From Chlorokybus atmophyticus (Eukaryota > Plantae > Mesostigma and Chlorokybus algae): 64,000 nucleotides of DNA. Positions 1 through 11,758 of this stretch are shown one piece after another. The notes beneath the pieces are model-generated. The model was given only the letters and a program-made list of their open reading frames with translations, did not search any database and was not told the DNA's origin. The translations under genes and the position numbers were made by a program. The stretch spans positions 187,337 to 251,336 of the forward strand of contig RHPI01001168.1 in NCBI GenBank assembly GCA_009103225.1. Direction: 5' to 3'. The number at the start of each line of letters is the position of its first letter. Positions within the stretch are counted from its first letter, which is position 1.

Positions 1-156
1 GCGCCGTCCTCCGCCACCGCCTCCTGCGTCTTAGCCAATTTTGCCCAACTCAGCTAGCACAACACGTTACGTGGATGTTGTAGAGCGGCGGCGGCGGCGG
101 GGTTGTCGTCGTTGTTAGTCGTCGTTGGTACTGGTGGCTTCACAGCTAGCTTAAGC

Positions 157-3100
157 ATGGCTGAGGCGGAGGTGCTGGTATTTGACGACAAGGATGATGA
201 GGGCCATGCTGACTATGAGCATGACTATGAGCGCGGCTACAGGGGCGGCGACCCCAGCAGCAGCGGCTCAGACGTGAGTGTTTGCAAGAACACAGTATCA
301 AGTATATGTGTAGGGGCATTGTCTTTCTTCACTCAGTTGCTCACGTTCACTTGGGCTAATCGATGTCGCCCTGTCTCAGGTTGTGCATGCGGTATATCCG
401 CTTGATTGTCATTTAATGTGTACACCTGCAATGCTAGCCATGCAAGCCAGTCTATAGCACAATGTCTGATTACATACATGGCAGCACATGCGCATGCACA
501 CGCGCAGAGGTACGCAGACTTGGATATGCGCACGTACGCACCCGCGCTTGAACGTGTGCAACCTTGTGTCTACGCGCACAAGCGCACATATATATGCCTA
601 ACGGACGTGTGTCAGGCATACATATGTGCGCACGCACGCTGTGCAATCCACTTTGTGCTGGTGTTTTCTTCTTTGGTGCTTTGTTCATATAGGTTGTGTG
701 TATACGGTTCAGACTCTTGTTATGGTCATGCGGACACCTATAGCTAACCACTACTGTCTTCAGCACTCCTGGGGCGGCGCCATCCCCGAGCTCGCCGATA
801 TCCGCCGCGCTGTTTCACTCTTATCGGACGACTCCGCCGATATCCGCGCCGCGGGAGCAAAGGCACTAACGCCCGTCGCACGCACGCGTCCACGCCACTC
901 TTGTGGCATTGTGTTGTGGTGATCTGTTGATGTGTGGGTTGTTGATTAGGTTCTGGAAGGGTTTCATCCGGCGGACGTGGCGTACAATCTGATGTGGCCT
1001 GAGATTGTGAGCGCGTTGACGCGTGGCCTCGCCGATACGGAGACCAGGTGTGTACAAGAGGCAAACGACCCGTATGCGCGCACGAACACAAGCATGTGTG
1101 CTTATGTAGCTCATTTTTTTTGCCATGTGTACAGTGCATGCCACGAATAAAGCAAACACTACTGATGCTTTTGTGTGTGCGGTTGCGGCATGGTGTGTAC
1201 ATGCACACACGGACGCACACGTGCGTACGAACACGTGTACATTATGTGTACAAGTTGGATACGTGCACGACACATACGGCGTGTATATCGATACAAACAT
1301 CAAATGCATGTACGCGTTGCACAGGTGCAACATGTGTACACATCTCAGTGAGTGTCTTGTTGTTGTAGTGAGCGTGAACAGATGCCACAATATGCAGGGA
1401 CTAATCCATCACTGCTGCAGAGTCGCAGATTTCGCTCTGCGCTACCATCTCGCCCTCTTTGACGAGCTCCTTCTCTCCTCTCCTCGCCAGGCTTGCGATA
1501 TCGTCGGGAGCCTGATCATCCGCAGCACGGCATCTGTTATCGAGGCCGGGGTTGGTCGCGATGACGCGTTTGATCAATACCCACTGAACAGCGACGTGCT
1601 TCGTGAGGTGAGGAGTGTTTGAGGGGTGTTTGTATGGTGGTGTTGTTTGTGTGGTTTTTGTGATCTCTTTGTGGTTAATGCAGTTTCGTCTCTTAGATCA
1701 CTTCCTGAGGGGGATAGCGAGACATCTGCATTACCTTCCCGAATGCCAGCAGGCTGCGTTGATGGCAATGCTGACCTCCTTGATGAGGTGCATGTTTATG
1801 CAGTAATGTTGTTGTTCAGTCTAGTTTATGCATGGTTATTTGCATACACAGACGTGCACATACACCCACATATTTGGCCACATGCAGTTATCCAGCAAGT
1901 CAAGTCGGGTGTCACACACGCACTGTGTGTGTGTACACACTGCGCGTGGGTCACACCCGCAGTCACAAGCGCATACCCATGTGCACACATGAACGCGCAT
2001 GCACGCGCAGACGTGTATGCGCAGATGCTGACATTGGCCCTGCCCGCATACATTGCAGGTTGTGCATTGACGGCGCTTACATGGCGATTGTCGACCCGAC
2101 TGCCACTTGGCTAAAGCTATGGTGCATCGAAGTGCCCGTCCGCACGCGCTTCATTAACCACCTCCACAAAGCCGGCGTCCTCGACGCGATATACTCTCAT
2201 TGCTGCAGCACCAGCAGCTGGATATCAGACCCTGCCACCGATATCCAGCTCATGTGGTGGATCTCCGTGGCATGCCAAGCAATTGCAACAAATGCGGGAA
2301 CTGCCTTGAGCTCGATATCGACGAGCGAGGTCCTGTCGGCTGCTATTGGCGTTGTCACAGCAGCTGTGACGGCGGATATCGGCTCCGTGTATTGCAATGG
2401 AGTCTTGCCTGCTGCTGCGGATGGACTCGTGCGCGTGGCGGAAGCGTGCGAGTGCAGATTGGATATCAATCATATTGCGCAGTTAGTTGAGGCGCTACAC
2501 ACCGTCCCTCAAGAGGTTAGTCGAAACGCGGTTACTATCACAAGTGTATCAAAGCTGCATTCTGACACACGTGCACGCTTGCACATGCACGCGCACACAC
2601 GTGCATGCACACGAACACATGCCTGCACGTACACATGCATGCGTGCATGCACATGCACACACTCACCCACGCATGCGCGTGCGCGTATGTGATGGGTGTC
2701 TGTCCGCTGCTTGCAGTGAAACTTCAATTCCATTACAGGCAAGTGATGCAGTTTGGGTGCGCTATTTGGCCCTCGGCGATATTTTGCTGGCTTTTTCCAA
2801 CAACGTCGCCAGCAGGCATCTGCTGTGCGCTCCTTTCAACAGCGCAAGCAGCAGTGACGATGTTACTACTGCCGTGGATGCGATATCGACATTCTGCATC
2901 AGAGGTCTAGCCGCGGTAGCGTCCCAAAGCTGGCCATGCGGCATCCTCAAACAGTACCTGCGGTTGATATCACGCCTGGCATTATATCCATCTGCTGGAG
3001 ACATATTGGCTGACAAAAGTGGCATAGTGGAAGCGATCAGTCAGGCCTTTGCTCACAGAATGGATATTGAGCGGGAGCTGGCTGATGTTTTGGTGGCATT

Positions 3101-4000
3101 TGCGGGGTCGAAACGGGGTTTGGCTGCTGTTGAAAAGACAAATGATATCGCCTCTCGCCATCTGTCTCAGCGCCTTTGCGAGCAATATCGGTCTGCAGTT
3201 GTGCAGTCTGTTGACTTCAGGGAGACCGCACAGGCTTTGGTGGCTGCTGTGCACAGCGATATCGCCTCCAAGGCGCTGATAGAAGCCGGTTTGCTGAAGG
3301 AGATGTGTTACAAAGTCCAGGACTTGTTGAATGAAGATTATCTCGTGGAGGCACTTGCTTCAAACTGTGATATTGAGTACCCATTTCTTGCGCAGTTGCA
3401 TCTGATTGAGACTCTCCTCAAGTCACCGCATCTGATATCCGCCGCAACCTCCTTTTCCTCTCTTGATAACAAAGCTTTAAGCTCGCCAGTGAGGGACTCA
3501 ACGGAGATATCGGACGTATGGCAGCTGATAACGTCCCTGGCGCTGCCAATGACAGCCGAGCAGCGGCGCTCACTGCCTCAGTTCATCGAAGCGCACCATG
3601 TTGGGTTACGACTGCTTCGGGCGTTGTTGAGTGCAACCACGCAAGCGCGCAAGTTGCTTGATGAAAGGTGGCGTGTCAGAGTGTCACTTGCAGAGCTGCA
3701 GAACATCAACGGTGCGGTGATAGATGCCAACTCTTTACTGAGGCAAGAGATGTTGGATATGGTCAGTAAACAAATGTAATATACAAGAGGATGCTGTGGA
3801 CTGCATGTTATGTGTAACATTGCTGGCACGCAAACTGCAGTGGTACAGTTGGGATTCACTGCTACACATCACAGGCAGCCTGCGCTGTAGACATTGCTGT
3901 GACGTTAGCAGTAGTCACTCCATTGTTAACAGAATTGTCTGCGATGCATCATGTGCACTCATCTGTTGAACTGGCAGAAGCGCAGTTGTCAACAAAGTGA
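157..4000 (+). CDS. TBC1D32: BROMI (Broad-minded/TBC1D32)-like protein, N-terminal BROMI region only; ~8 exons, ~750 aa
   Basis: Spliced exons give VLEGFHPADVAYNLMWPEIVSALTRGLADTETQ, FDELLLSSPRQACDIVGSL, FRLLDHFLRGIARHLHYLPE and YMAIVDPTATWLKLWCIEVPVRTRFINHL. These are collinear with recalled TBC1D32 blocks (PPSDVLNCENW..L...LSDPDP; LLSP...EIY.SL; VRLLNEYQKE.P.FW..HPE; FALVD.KA.WFKKW....SR..V..LL). ATG at 157. The long exon has a donor ATG|gtcagt near 3764, and a final exon 3875-4000 ends in TGA. Confidence 0.7.
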
Positions 4001-4297
4001 TTCATTAAGTGAATACATGCAGCCTGACACAAGGAAACCCTGGGTGAAGCTGTTGATGACGAGAGTCATGAGTTGAACTGGCAATGCAGCAATTCAGTTG
4101 TCAACAACAAAATGGTTCATGAAGTGCATATATGCACCCTGACCTAAGGACACTTTGGGAGAAGCTGTTGAAGATGAAGATGACTAACAGGCGTTGGTGA
4201 ACACCCACAACCATGCTTGAAGTTGTCAAGACAGTCACACATATTGGCGCTACGTAGTGACAAGATGCGTGACAGGGCAGCAACGCACATTTGTACA

Positions 4298-6512
4298 TCA
4301 GCTGCGTGGGTTTGTTGTCCGCTGCAAGTCCAACCAGAGCAGCAGTGTCTGGTCCAGCACAAGGTGCGCCGGCAGCTTGCAGGACGTGAACACGGGCCCG
4401 TTGTCGTCAAAGTCGCGCAGCACGACAAAACCGTGTTGCTCGTAAAGAGCACGCGCGGCACCGTTGCGTACGGCCACGTGAGCATACAGATCCGGCATCC
4501 CTTAACGACGACAACAGAAGTGTTATGTCTTACATTATGGGCCATGGCATGCAACATCATGTAGAATATGGACGGTGTCTTTGTGCGCGCATGTGTGTTT
4601 GTGCGCGCTTGCGAGTACATGTACGTGTGCATGCATGCGTGTGCATTGAGTTCGCATGTCGATGCGTGCGTGGGTGCATGTATAACCATCATTCACCAAA
4701 GCAGCAACTTACCCCACAAAGCAGCCTCGTCAAGAGCATGCTTCAGCAGGTGTGATGCAATGCCCCTGCATGGCACAGTCCAGGGCACTGAGAGACAGTA
4801 TCCCTGAATCCTGCAAGCACATGTGGCATATACAAGGACCGTGGCATATATTGCTATCCCACCTTCGCCTCTCGCTGCCCGCGGTGCACATGTTGGCCAT
4901 GTACGCGTACTCCAGGGCCCAGGGAGGGCTGAACCCGCCATACGCATCATCCGACAGCCTGTAGCGCCTGAGAGTCTCTAGCAACTGCGTCATTGAAGCT
5001 TAATGACGCAGTTGCTCAGTTTTTTTTATAAACAAAACTCTGACAGTGACCTATGTAGTCTGTCAGTAGCGTACCCGTAAGCGGGTGTGGCCGGGAGCTC
5101 GTCTCAGTGAGACGTCAACAGACCCAATGATCTCCTCGCTAGCACCTACATGCTGTACCTGCAACAACTCATGCTGTAAGACACAAGACAAGGCGTAGGA
5201 TAAGGAGGAGTTGCTGCGTGCTGGGCAAAAGGATTGCAAACAGGAACGCATGACGGTCGCACCGCAATGAAGCATGTGCACCGCATGATGGAGGACACAG
5301 TGCCTTTCAGTCGCTTCGTGAGCGCCCTTGCTTCCTGTCAATCAACACTCAGTGAAGGAAGCTTTACTGACGCTCATAGAACAGTGCAAACATTCAATGA
5401 GCCTTACCTGCTCGGCAAAGCGTTGAATAAAGCTGTCTACAAACCTGCCAACAAGAGATGTACTTGCTGAATTACGTGCAAGCTAGCTTGGCAAATAATA
5501 CAAAAGCGTTACTGATATTGCATGTTGTAGGATACAAACGAGGTGATATACAGAACAAGCGATGAGTTGGATTATAAAGTTTGCCAATGGATGCAATCAA
5601 GACCAGCGTTGATGCCCAGGGTGTCCCTCGCACACACAGAGCTTTCTTACACAAACCCATTCTGAAGTGCACCTTAAATAAGGCTGACCTTCATAAAATG
5701 CCCTTGCCCGAAGCATCGCCGTGTTCTGCACAGCAATTGTCCTTGTCAAAAGAGGCACATACAATGCACCTGAGAGACTGCGACGCATTAAGACTTCACA
5801 GAAGCAAGGTGTTGTGTTTACAAAGTCAGCTTGTCGACACCCCTAATGTTGGGGAAGCATGCGCAAGAGCAAAACATGACATGCGATAATTCATCGGCAC
5901 CAATAAATGCCAGTGCCTTCAATCACATTATTGTGCCGCGAAATAAACGCGCAAAGTGTGCGTTGACACAGCACTGCAATTTGTATGGTCTACCAAGCTG
6001 TTTGTTATTGTTATCACATACACGCAATAACTACTGGAAAGCATGTCAAAACGTTACAAGTGCTTAGATACGCCATAGCAACTCACCCAAATATCCTCAT
6101 CGCTTTCAGGCTGGCGCACGTCAAACCGCAAGCTACTGCTGCCGTTGGCTTCCTGCTGCTGCTGCTGCTCCTGCTGCTGCTGAAGTCGTTGCTGCTGAAA
6201 CTGCTGCTGAATATGCAGTTTGTGCTGTTGCTGAAACTGTTGCCTGAGCTGATGTTGCTGCCATGTGCTGCCGTGAGAGAGCTGAAGCCGTGTCGCTGCC
6301 CTTTTCCACCCAACAAGCTCCTTCCCCTCAAAGTGTTCATGCTGTCTCACACCATGTGCAGGCCTACAGGAAGAAGACAGCGACAAGGGCGGCGGCGGCA
6401 GGAGCGCATGCAAAGCGCTGTACACCGCTGCAGGCATCCTAGCTACACTACATGCCTAGGCCTACTGCTCACAACAAGCTCCTTGCACAGGCGCAACCAC
6501 CATCATGGCCAT
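4298..6512 (-). CDS. GNAT N-acetyltransferase, plant plastid GNAT6/GNAT7-like, with N-terminal poly-Gln region
   Basis: Exons join in frame: LRFDVRQPESDEDIW / NTAMLRARAFYEGQPYLR / FVDSFIQRFAEQ / EARALTKRLKG / EEIIGSVDVS / EYAYMANMCTAGSERRR-GIASHLLKHALDEAALW-GMPDLYAHVAVRNGAARALYEQHGF / LLLWLDL. Acetyl-CoA motif A (R-R-R-G-I-A) and motif B (N..A..LY...GF) are present. Confidence 0.85.
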
Positions 6513-7004
6513 GCTCGCCGCCCTCCCCGCAACAGTTCGCCCTTATGACAAAAAGATGTGGTTCAGAGGACAGTGCTTATACATCTCGTTTCCCATGCTG
6601 GTATCCAGGGTGAACTGTTTCGTTTCGGTTTCGCACTTCAAATTGTCGCAGCTTCATAGCGACGCCCGGCTGCGCGACGCGCGCTACAATTGTGTCCGCA
6701 AGACCCGCAAGAGGGCAGTCAGAGTGTACTACGTACCTACGTACCTGCACTAGCCTAACCAAGTTGGTAGTACCAACGTTGCGCTGAAAGCATTGCTGCG
6801 TTGCCGGCGGAGGTGGCGGCGGTGGTGTCTGTCGGCGTCGCCTTGGTATACATTGCTTGTCTGTTTTGGAGCAGGAGCAGGAGCAGGTGGGGTTTGGTCA
6901 CCGGCATTGCGTTTGCTCGTCACTCAGGTCAGGCTGGTAAACAGTAGCAGGTTGCTAGGAGCAGAGCAAACACCAGCTCCAGCTGCCTGGCTGAGCGGGC
7001 AGCA

Positions 7005-9893
7005 ATGGCTAAGCGGGCGTTGCTCGTGGGATGCAACTACCCGGGGAGTGAGGTAAGGGTTCTGCATGCACAAAATGCTGTGCAGTTGCTGTCATCATTT
7101 GTGCCGCACTGAGCATTCGCACTTTACTGCCTTTGACAAGCTTTAAGCCAGCAAGTTGCATGCAAGCTAACCTATTTGGGAGTCAGTGGCCTGATGGTTT
7201 TGTCACATGCAGGCTGCCCTCAATGGCTGCGTCAACGACGTGTTTCAGATGAAGCAGCTGTTGGTCACCAGGTACGGGTTTGACGAGCGTGACATTACGG
7301 TCATGATCGACACGGACCCGTCGTACACTTCTCCGACGGGGAAGAACGTCAAGGACGGGCTGGCGCAGCTTGTCAACGGGGCGAAAGACGGAGATGTGAT
7401 TTTTTTTCACTTCTCAGGGCACGGGACGCAGGTGAGAAAGTAGTTGGATTTGCTGCTGCATACATTTCCTTGGACCTGCAAGTCAGTTACAAGGTTGCAA
7501 AGTGTGACATGTTGCTGCTGTGTCGAACCACGTGGTGATCATGGTCGCACAACTGTTTTTGCTGCATTGCACAGTAAAGCACCCACACCATGTCTTAACT
7601 GCTGCATTGTATTCTATTCACCAGGCTTTGCTATAAGGTGCACATGTTGAGTTCATGGAGTCCTTAAAGCTTGTCTGGCGACCAGCAGTGCTTGCGCAGC
7701 TATACGTAATTCATAGGGCCGTGGACGCCAGCGGCAAGCTGCTGTGGCAGCTTGCGCCTGTCTATGTAGTTTGACCACTTGTTGCTACAGCACAGCCACA
7801 CTTTGCTGGCAGGGCTGCCGTGGTAGTTTGTGCCTGTGTACGTAGTTTAAACTCTGTGTGTCAGTTGTATGACACTGGTTGATACAGCACTGCGACGTCA
7901 TGGCAGCACATCAGGGTGTCTTGCAAGAGATAACCCCCAGCTACCAAGCGGCTCAGTGTATGATCTGCAGGTACCTGCAGACGGTGATGACTACGAGATA
8001 GATGGAAAAGATGAAGCCATTGTACCCACTGACATGAATGTCATCGTGGACGACGACCTGCGCACCATCTTCATGCCCTTGTCCCCTGGCGTGCACCTTA
8101 CTATTGTGACTGATTGTTGTCACAGCGGTGGCATGCTGGACCACGCTGAGGTACTGCTGGCATAGTGGCAATGTTGTCAGCAAGGTCATGATGTAGCATG
8201 TTACGTCAACATGGAAACCTGCCTTATCACTGTAACTTGACAGTCTCGCGAAGCGTAGTGACCTGCATGGATGCAACTGTAGGGGCATGCACTGCCCTTG
8301 CATGGCTCTATGCCCACAACGTGCCGCAACTGATGACCATAATGTCAGCTCGCATAATCCATCAATGTGTCTCGCATCCACAGATCGTTATCAGTGGTGA
8401 CAAAGGTGGCGCAAAGGCCTCATCAGGAACTGACATGATGAGTGTGTTGTTGGGAAGCTTGGGTGGGCGAGATTATATGCCGAAGAATAGGTATATTTGT
8501 CCAGTACTGAGCTTAACTCCACACGCAAAGGGTTCTGCATGCATCCTCCAGTCTGTTCTTTGCCATAAGGCATCGTGGTCGGTGTTGGCGTGGTTGCAGG
8601 TCGTTGGACGTTGCATCCCTTGCAAACATCTTGACTGCGAGAACAGGACAGCAGGTTGCACCCAACAACGTCCGGTCAACGCTTACCAGCGTTTTTGGAT
8701 CTGATGCGTCGCGAATGGCCATCAAGTATGCAGATGTAAGTGCTCGATACCTCTTGTGTGTGCAGAGTCCATGACATGTCTAACTTTGCACAACCGCTTT
8801 TCTGTCCTTTGGTGGCATTGCATTCGAGCCGGATGTGTTGAGATACAAGCATACCTTTTGCATGACTCGCATACATGCGGGTGAGCTGGCTGCTCTCAAC
8901 ACGTAACACCTGTTCTTTCGCAATTTCTTGCAGCAATACCTCTCCAGGCTTGGTAATCCCCAGGCTGTGAAAGCTGCGCGAGGCCTGTTGTCCATGCTGA
9001 CCAAGTGAGGAACAGCGAAGTTCATTGCAATGCGATGCCGTCCTGGTTTAGGCATGCAGCAAGACTTGTCTTTGAACATATAACAGCGCTCAACAAACAT
9101 GCCTTGTAGGTGCATGGCAGCCCCAGCCACCCAAGGCTCATCAGCACCGCCACCTGTCATGCCTGTGCCCGGACAAGTAAGTGCGCAACTTTGGTCGCAG
9201 CCTTGTGGCACATGACTTCATATCCATTTCAGTATATAGACTTTTCAAGCATAAAAGTTCATAAGCTGCTGCGTTGCTATATGCATGGTTTGAGTTCGAA
9301 CACTTGCACCAAGCCGTTTTTACATGCTACTCATGGCTGCAGAAGCCTCCACCTTCACAACAGCTGCACAAGGACGTTGGTGTCCTTATAACCGGCTGTC
9401 AGGTACAAGAATTGTGCCATCTGCAGCATAGCACTGCTGACGGTTTGCACAAAGAGGCTCAGCGTGGTTAACCAAACATATTGCACTACTGCCCCCTATC
9501 TACAAGTCAAATCACAATTACAACGCATGGTGCGTGGTAAGGCCGGCCAGCACAACCATAAATAGCACTGCACTGTAATAATTTTGCGTTGATCTCATGC
9601 CACGTGACTCCTTCATCGCTGTATACTGCGCATATGTTTATTAGGTATTGACTAGAATTGTTGTCACGCAGTCAAGCGAGACGTCAGCAGATGCATGTCC
9701 ATCTGGCGACAAGACTCAGGCATACGGAGCCCTCACCAATGGTATCAGTACCGTTTTGGCACGGCATAACGGTCCTATAACCTTCAAGCAACTCGTGACA
9801 GAAGTGCGCAATCATATGAAGGAGAAAGGCTTCACGCAGAACCCTTGTCTAGAATGTTCAGCAGCGAATGCGGATAAGGTGTTCATCTGCTGA
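7005..9893 (+). CDS. Type II metacaspase (peptidase C14B), 9 exons
   Basis: Starts MAKRALLVGCNYPGSE|AALNGCVNDV. Catalytic HFSGHG and DCCHSG motifs, long linker exons, p10 domain GVLITGCQ|SSETSADA...GALT, ends QNPCLECSAANADKVFIC*. There is no N-terminal prodomain. Confidence 0.95.
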
Positions 9894-10764
9894 TGACATC
9901 TCACTCGCTGCGCGTGCAATACTGACTCCACGGTCAACAGTGGTGTGCAATTCTGATTGCGAACTGCATGTCCTCACGTTGCCAACTGAACTGTGTCTAC
10001 AAATTATTCACCCCAGGAGATGTGTAAAGCTCAAAAAGTTTGTCCATGAACAACACTAAGTACTACCGCTCTGCAGCATTCTGATTCAAATCAATGCTGA
10101 TATTGCACAGAATCGCCTCGGCCATTGCCACAAGGCTGCATCCGACAAGTGCCCTGCGCCTGGCGACTGCCAATCCGCGGTACTAGTGCAAATTACCTCT
10201 GCTGGTCCTTGTAATCATGGGATGCGCAACTGTTAGGCAGCGATTAGCAGTGCAAAACCGATTGCTCAACAAGCATGTGACTCGTGCGCGCGATCAACCG
10301 CTGCTTTCATATAGTTGCAACATTCAGACGCCCAAATGCAATGCCAAACAGCAGCGCAAAAGCTGCAATCCAAACCGCACAGCCACCATTGGCCCCATAT
10401 CGGGCAGGCAGATGAGTACAAGCAGGAGTGATTGAATAGCTATGGCACGATAGGCACAAACAGTATTTTTGTACAAGCAGGGCTTGGTCTAGCCAACAGC
10501 AACTACTCCCACAAATTCACCATACCCTCGCTGCAAGGGTGCAATCTTTGGGGCTTCAGGCGCACGCCCTGTCCCAACTTGCGCCTACGTGGTAACCAAC
10601 GCGCGGAAACTGTACGTCACTTTTCGTGCGCATGTCCAATGTATGCTGCGCCACCAGGAGCAGTACTCATCTGTGCAACGAATGCAGTAGTGAGTTCAGC
10701 ATTGAACCAACCACAAATTAAGTCACAACAGTGGTCGCAAACATAACATAGGAGTTGTAGTGAC

Positions 10765-11041
10765 TTACTTTGGTGCACCTCGCAGTAAGTTTCGAAGGCC
10801 CCGCTCGTGACTTTCGCCCAGTTTTGTCAGGACTTTGGCGTGGCTCTGACCTAAGGCCTTTAAGCCACGCTCGTGGCTGCGCCCTACACTGTCGCCGTGG
10901 TAGGTCATGCCCTTCAAGAGGGCCGCTCCCAGTACCAGCATCGCCACTGCCAAGGATGTAAAGAGTTGTTACCAAAACGGCCGCATTGCGGGTGGCGTCC
11001 ACCGCCTCGCTTTCAGGCATCAAGCCAGAACCGTTGGCCAT
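10765..11041 (-). pseudogene. Small single-pass membrane protein with 11-aa repeats (SHERGLxxLGx), apparently interrupted by a 1-nt frameshift
   Basis: MANGSGLMPESEAVDATRNAAVLVTTLYI joins, by a 1-nt shift at TAC ATC C TTG GCA (~10955), to LAVAMLVLGAALLKGMTYHGDSVGRSHERGLKALGQSHAKVLTKLGESHERGLRNLLRGAPK*. The join creates one continuous hydrophobic helix. Homologous coding fragments occur at 60.9-61.1 kb. Confidence 0.45.
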
Positions 11042-11758
11042 GTTGTCTCAACCTCAACCGACCCCTGCCTCGCCGCCCCTCGTCACACATTTTACACGGT
11101 GACTGACAAGGGACTTAGGGACTGACGGGTGCCTGACCCTACCGGACGTAACGGATTGGTTTATTAAGGGACTTTTATTAAGACGACCGTTACTATCAAG
11201 CAACATATACCGACGGCAAGCGGTCGACCGATAAGAACAATCGACGGCGGCTTGCCTGTGACGGCAACACCGCACTTTAAGGTGACGGCCGATTGTCGGT
11301 CGTCCCATTTGGCGTGTAGCAAGATCCAGGTGGACACTTTTGGTGCAACGTAATGCTAACTTTCAATGTAATCAACTGCAATTTGTCATTTTCAAGATAT
11401 ACAATATTAGTTGACACTATGTGCAAGCTACTTGCAGTTGAGGCAGAGTTTGCGTTTATGCACGATATGTTACGCTATTGATGACTTAAGCAACACATCT
11501 GAGCGTGTTATTTCTCAACTAGTTTAAGGCAAACTCAGAGCATCTTGAACTTGCTAAGCTATGGCAATGTGCTTGTCATGCATAGGAAGCACGCCCCGAT
11601 ACCTCTAAAGATCTTTTACATAGAAGTAAGTTCTATACACACAAGGGCAACCGACACATCATACACAACCAAGCCAACTATATGTCCTACTGTACAAGAT
11701 TATCTCTGGGAGCAACAGTTGGACATGCTGATAGCAGCAAGGTAGTAGAACTCTATTA

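Noticed and set aside
333-2742. Many His/Cys/Ala/Thr-rich ORFs in the track
   Set aside because: They are translations of CA/TG-rich introns; only the GT-AG bounded parts are coding.
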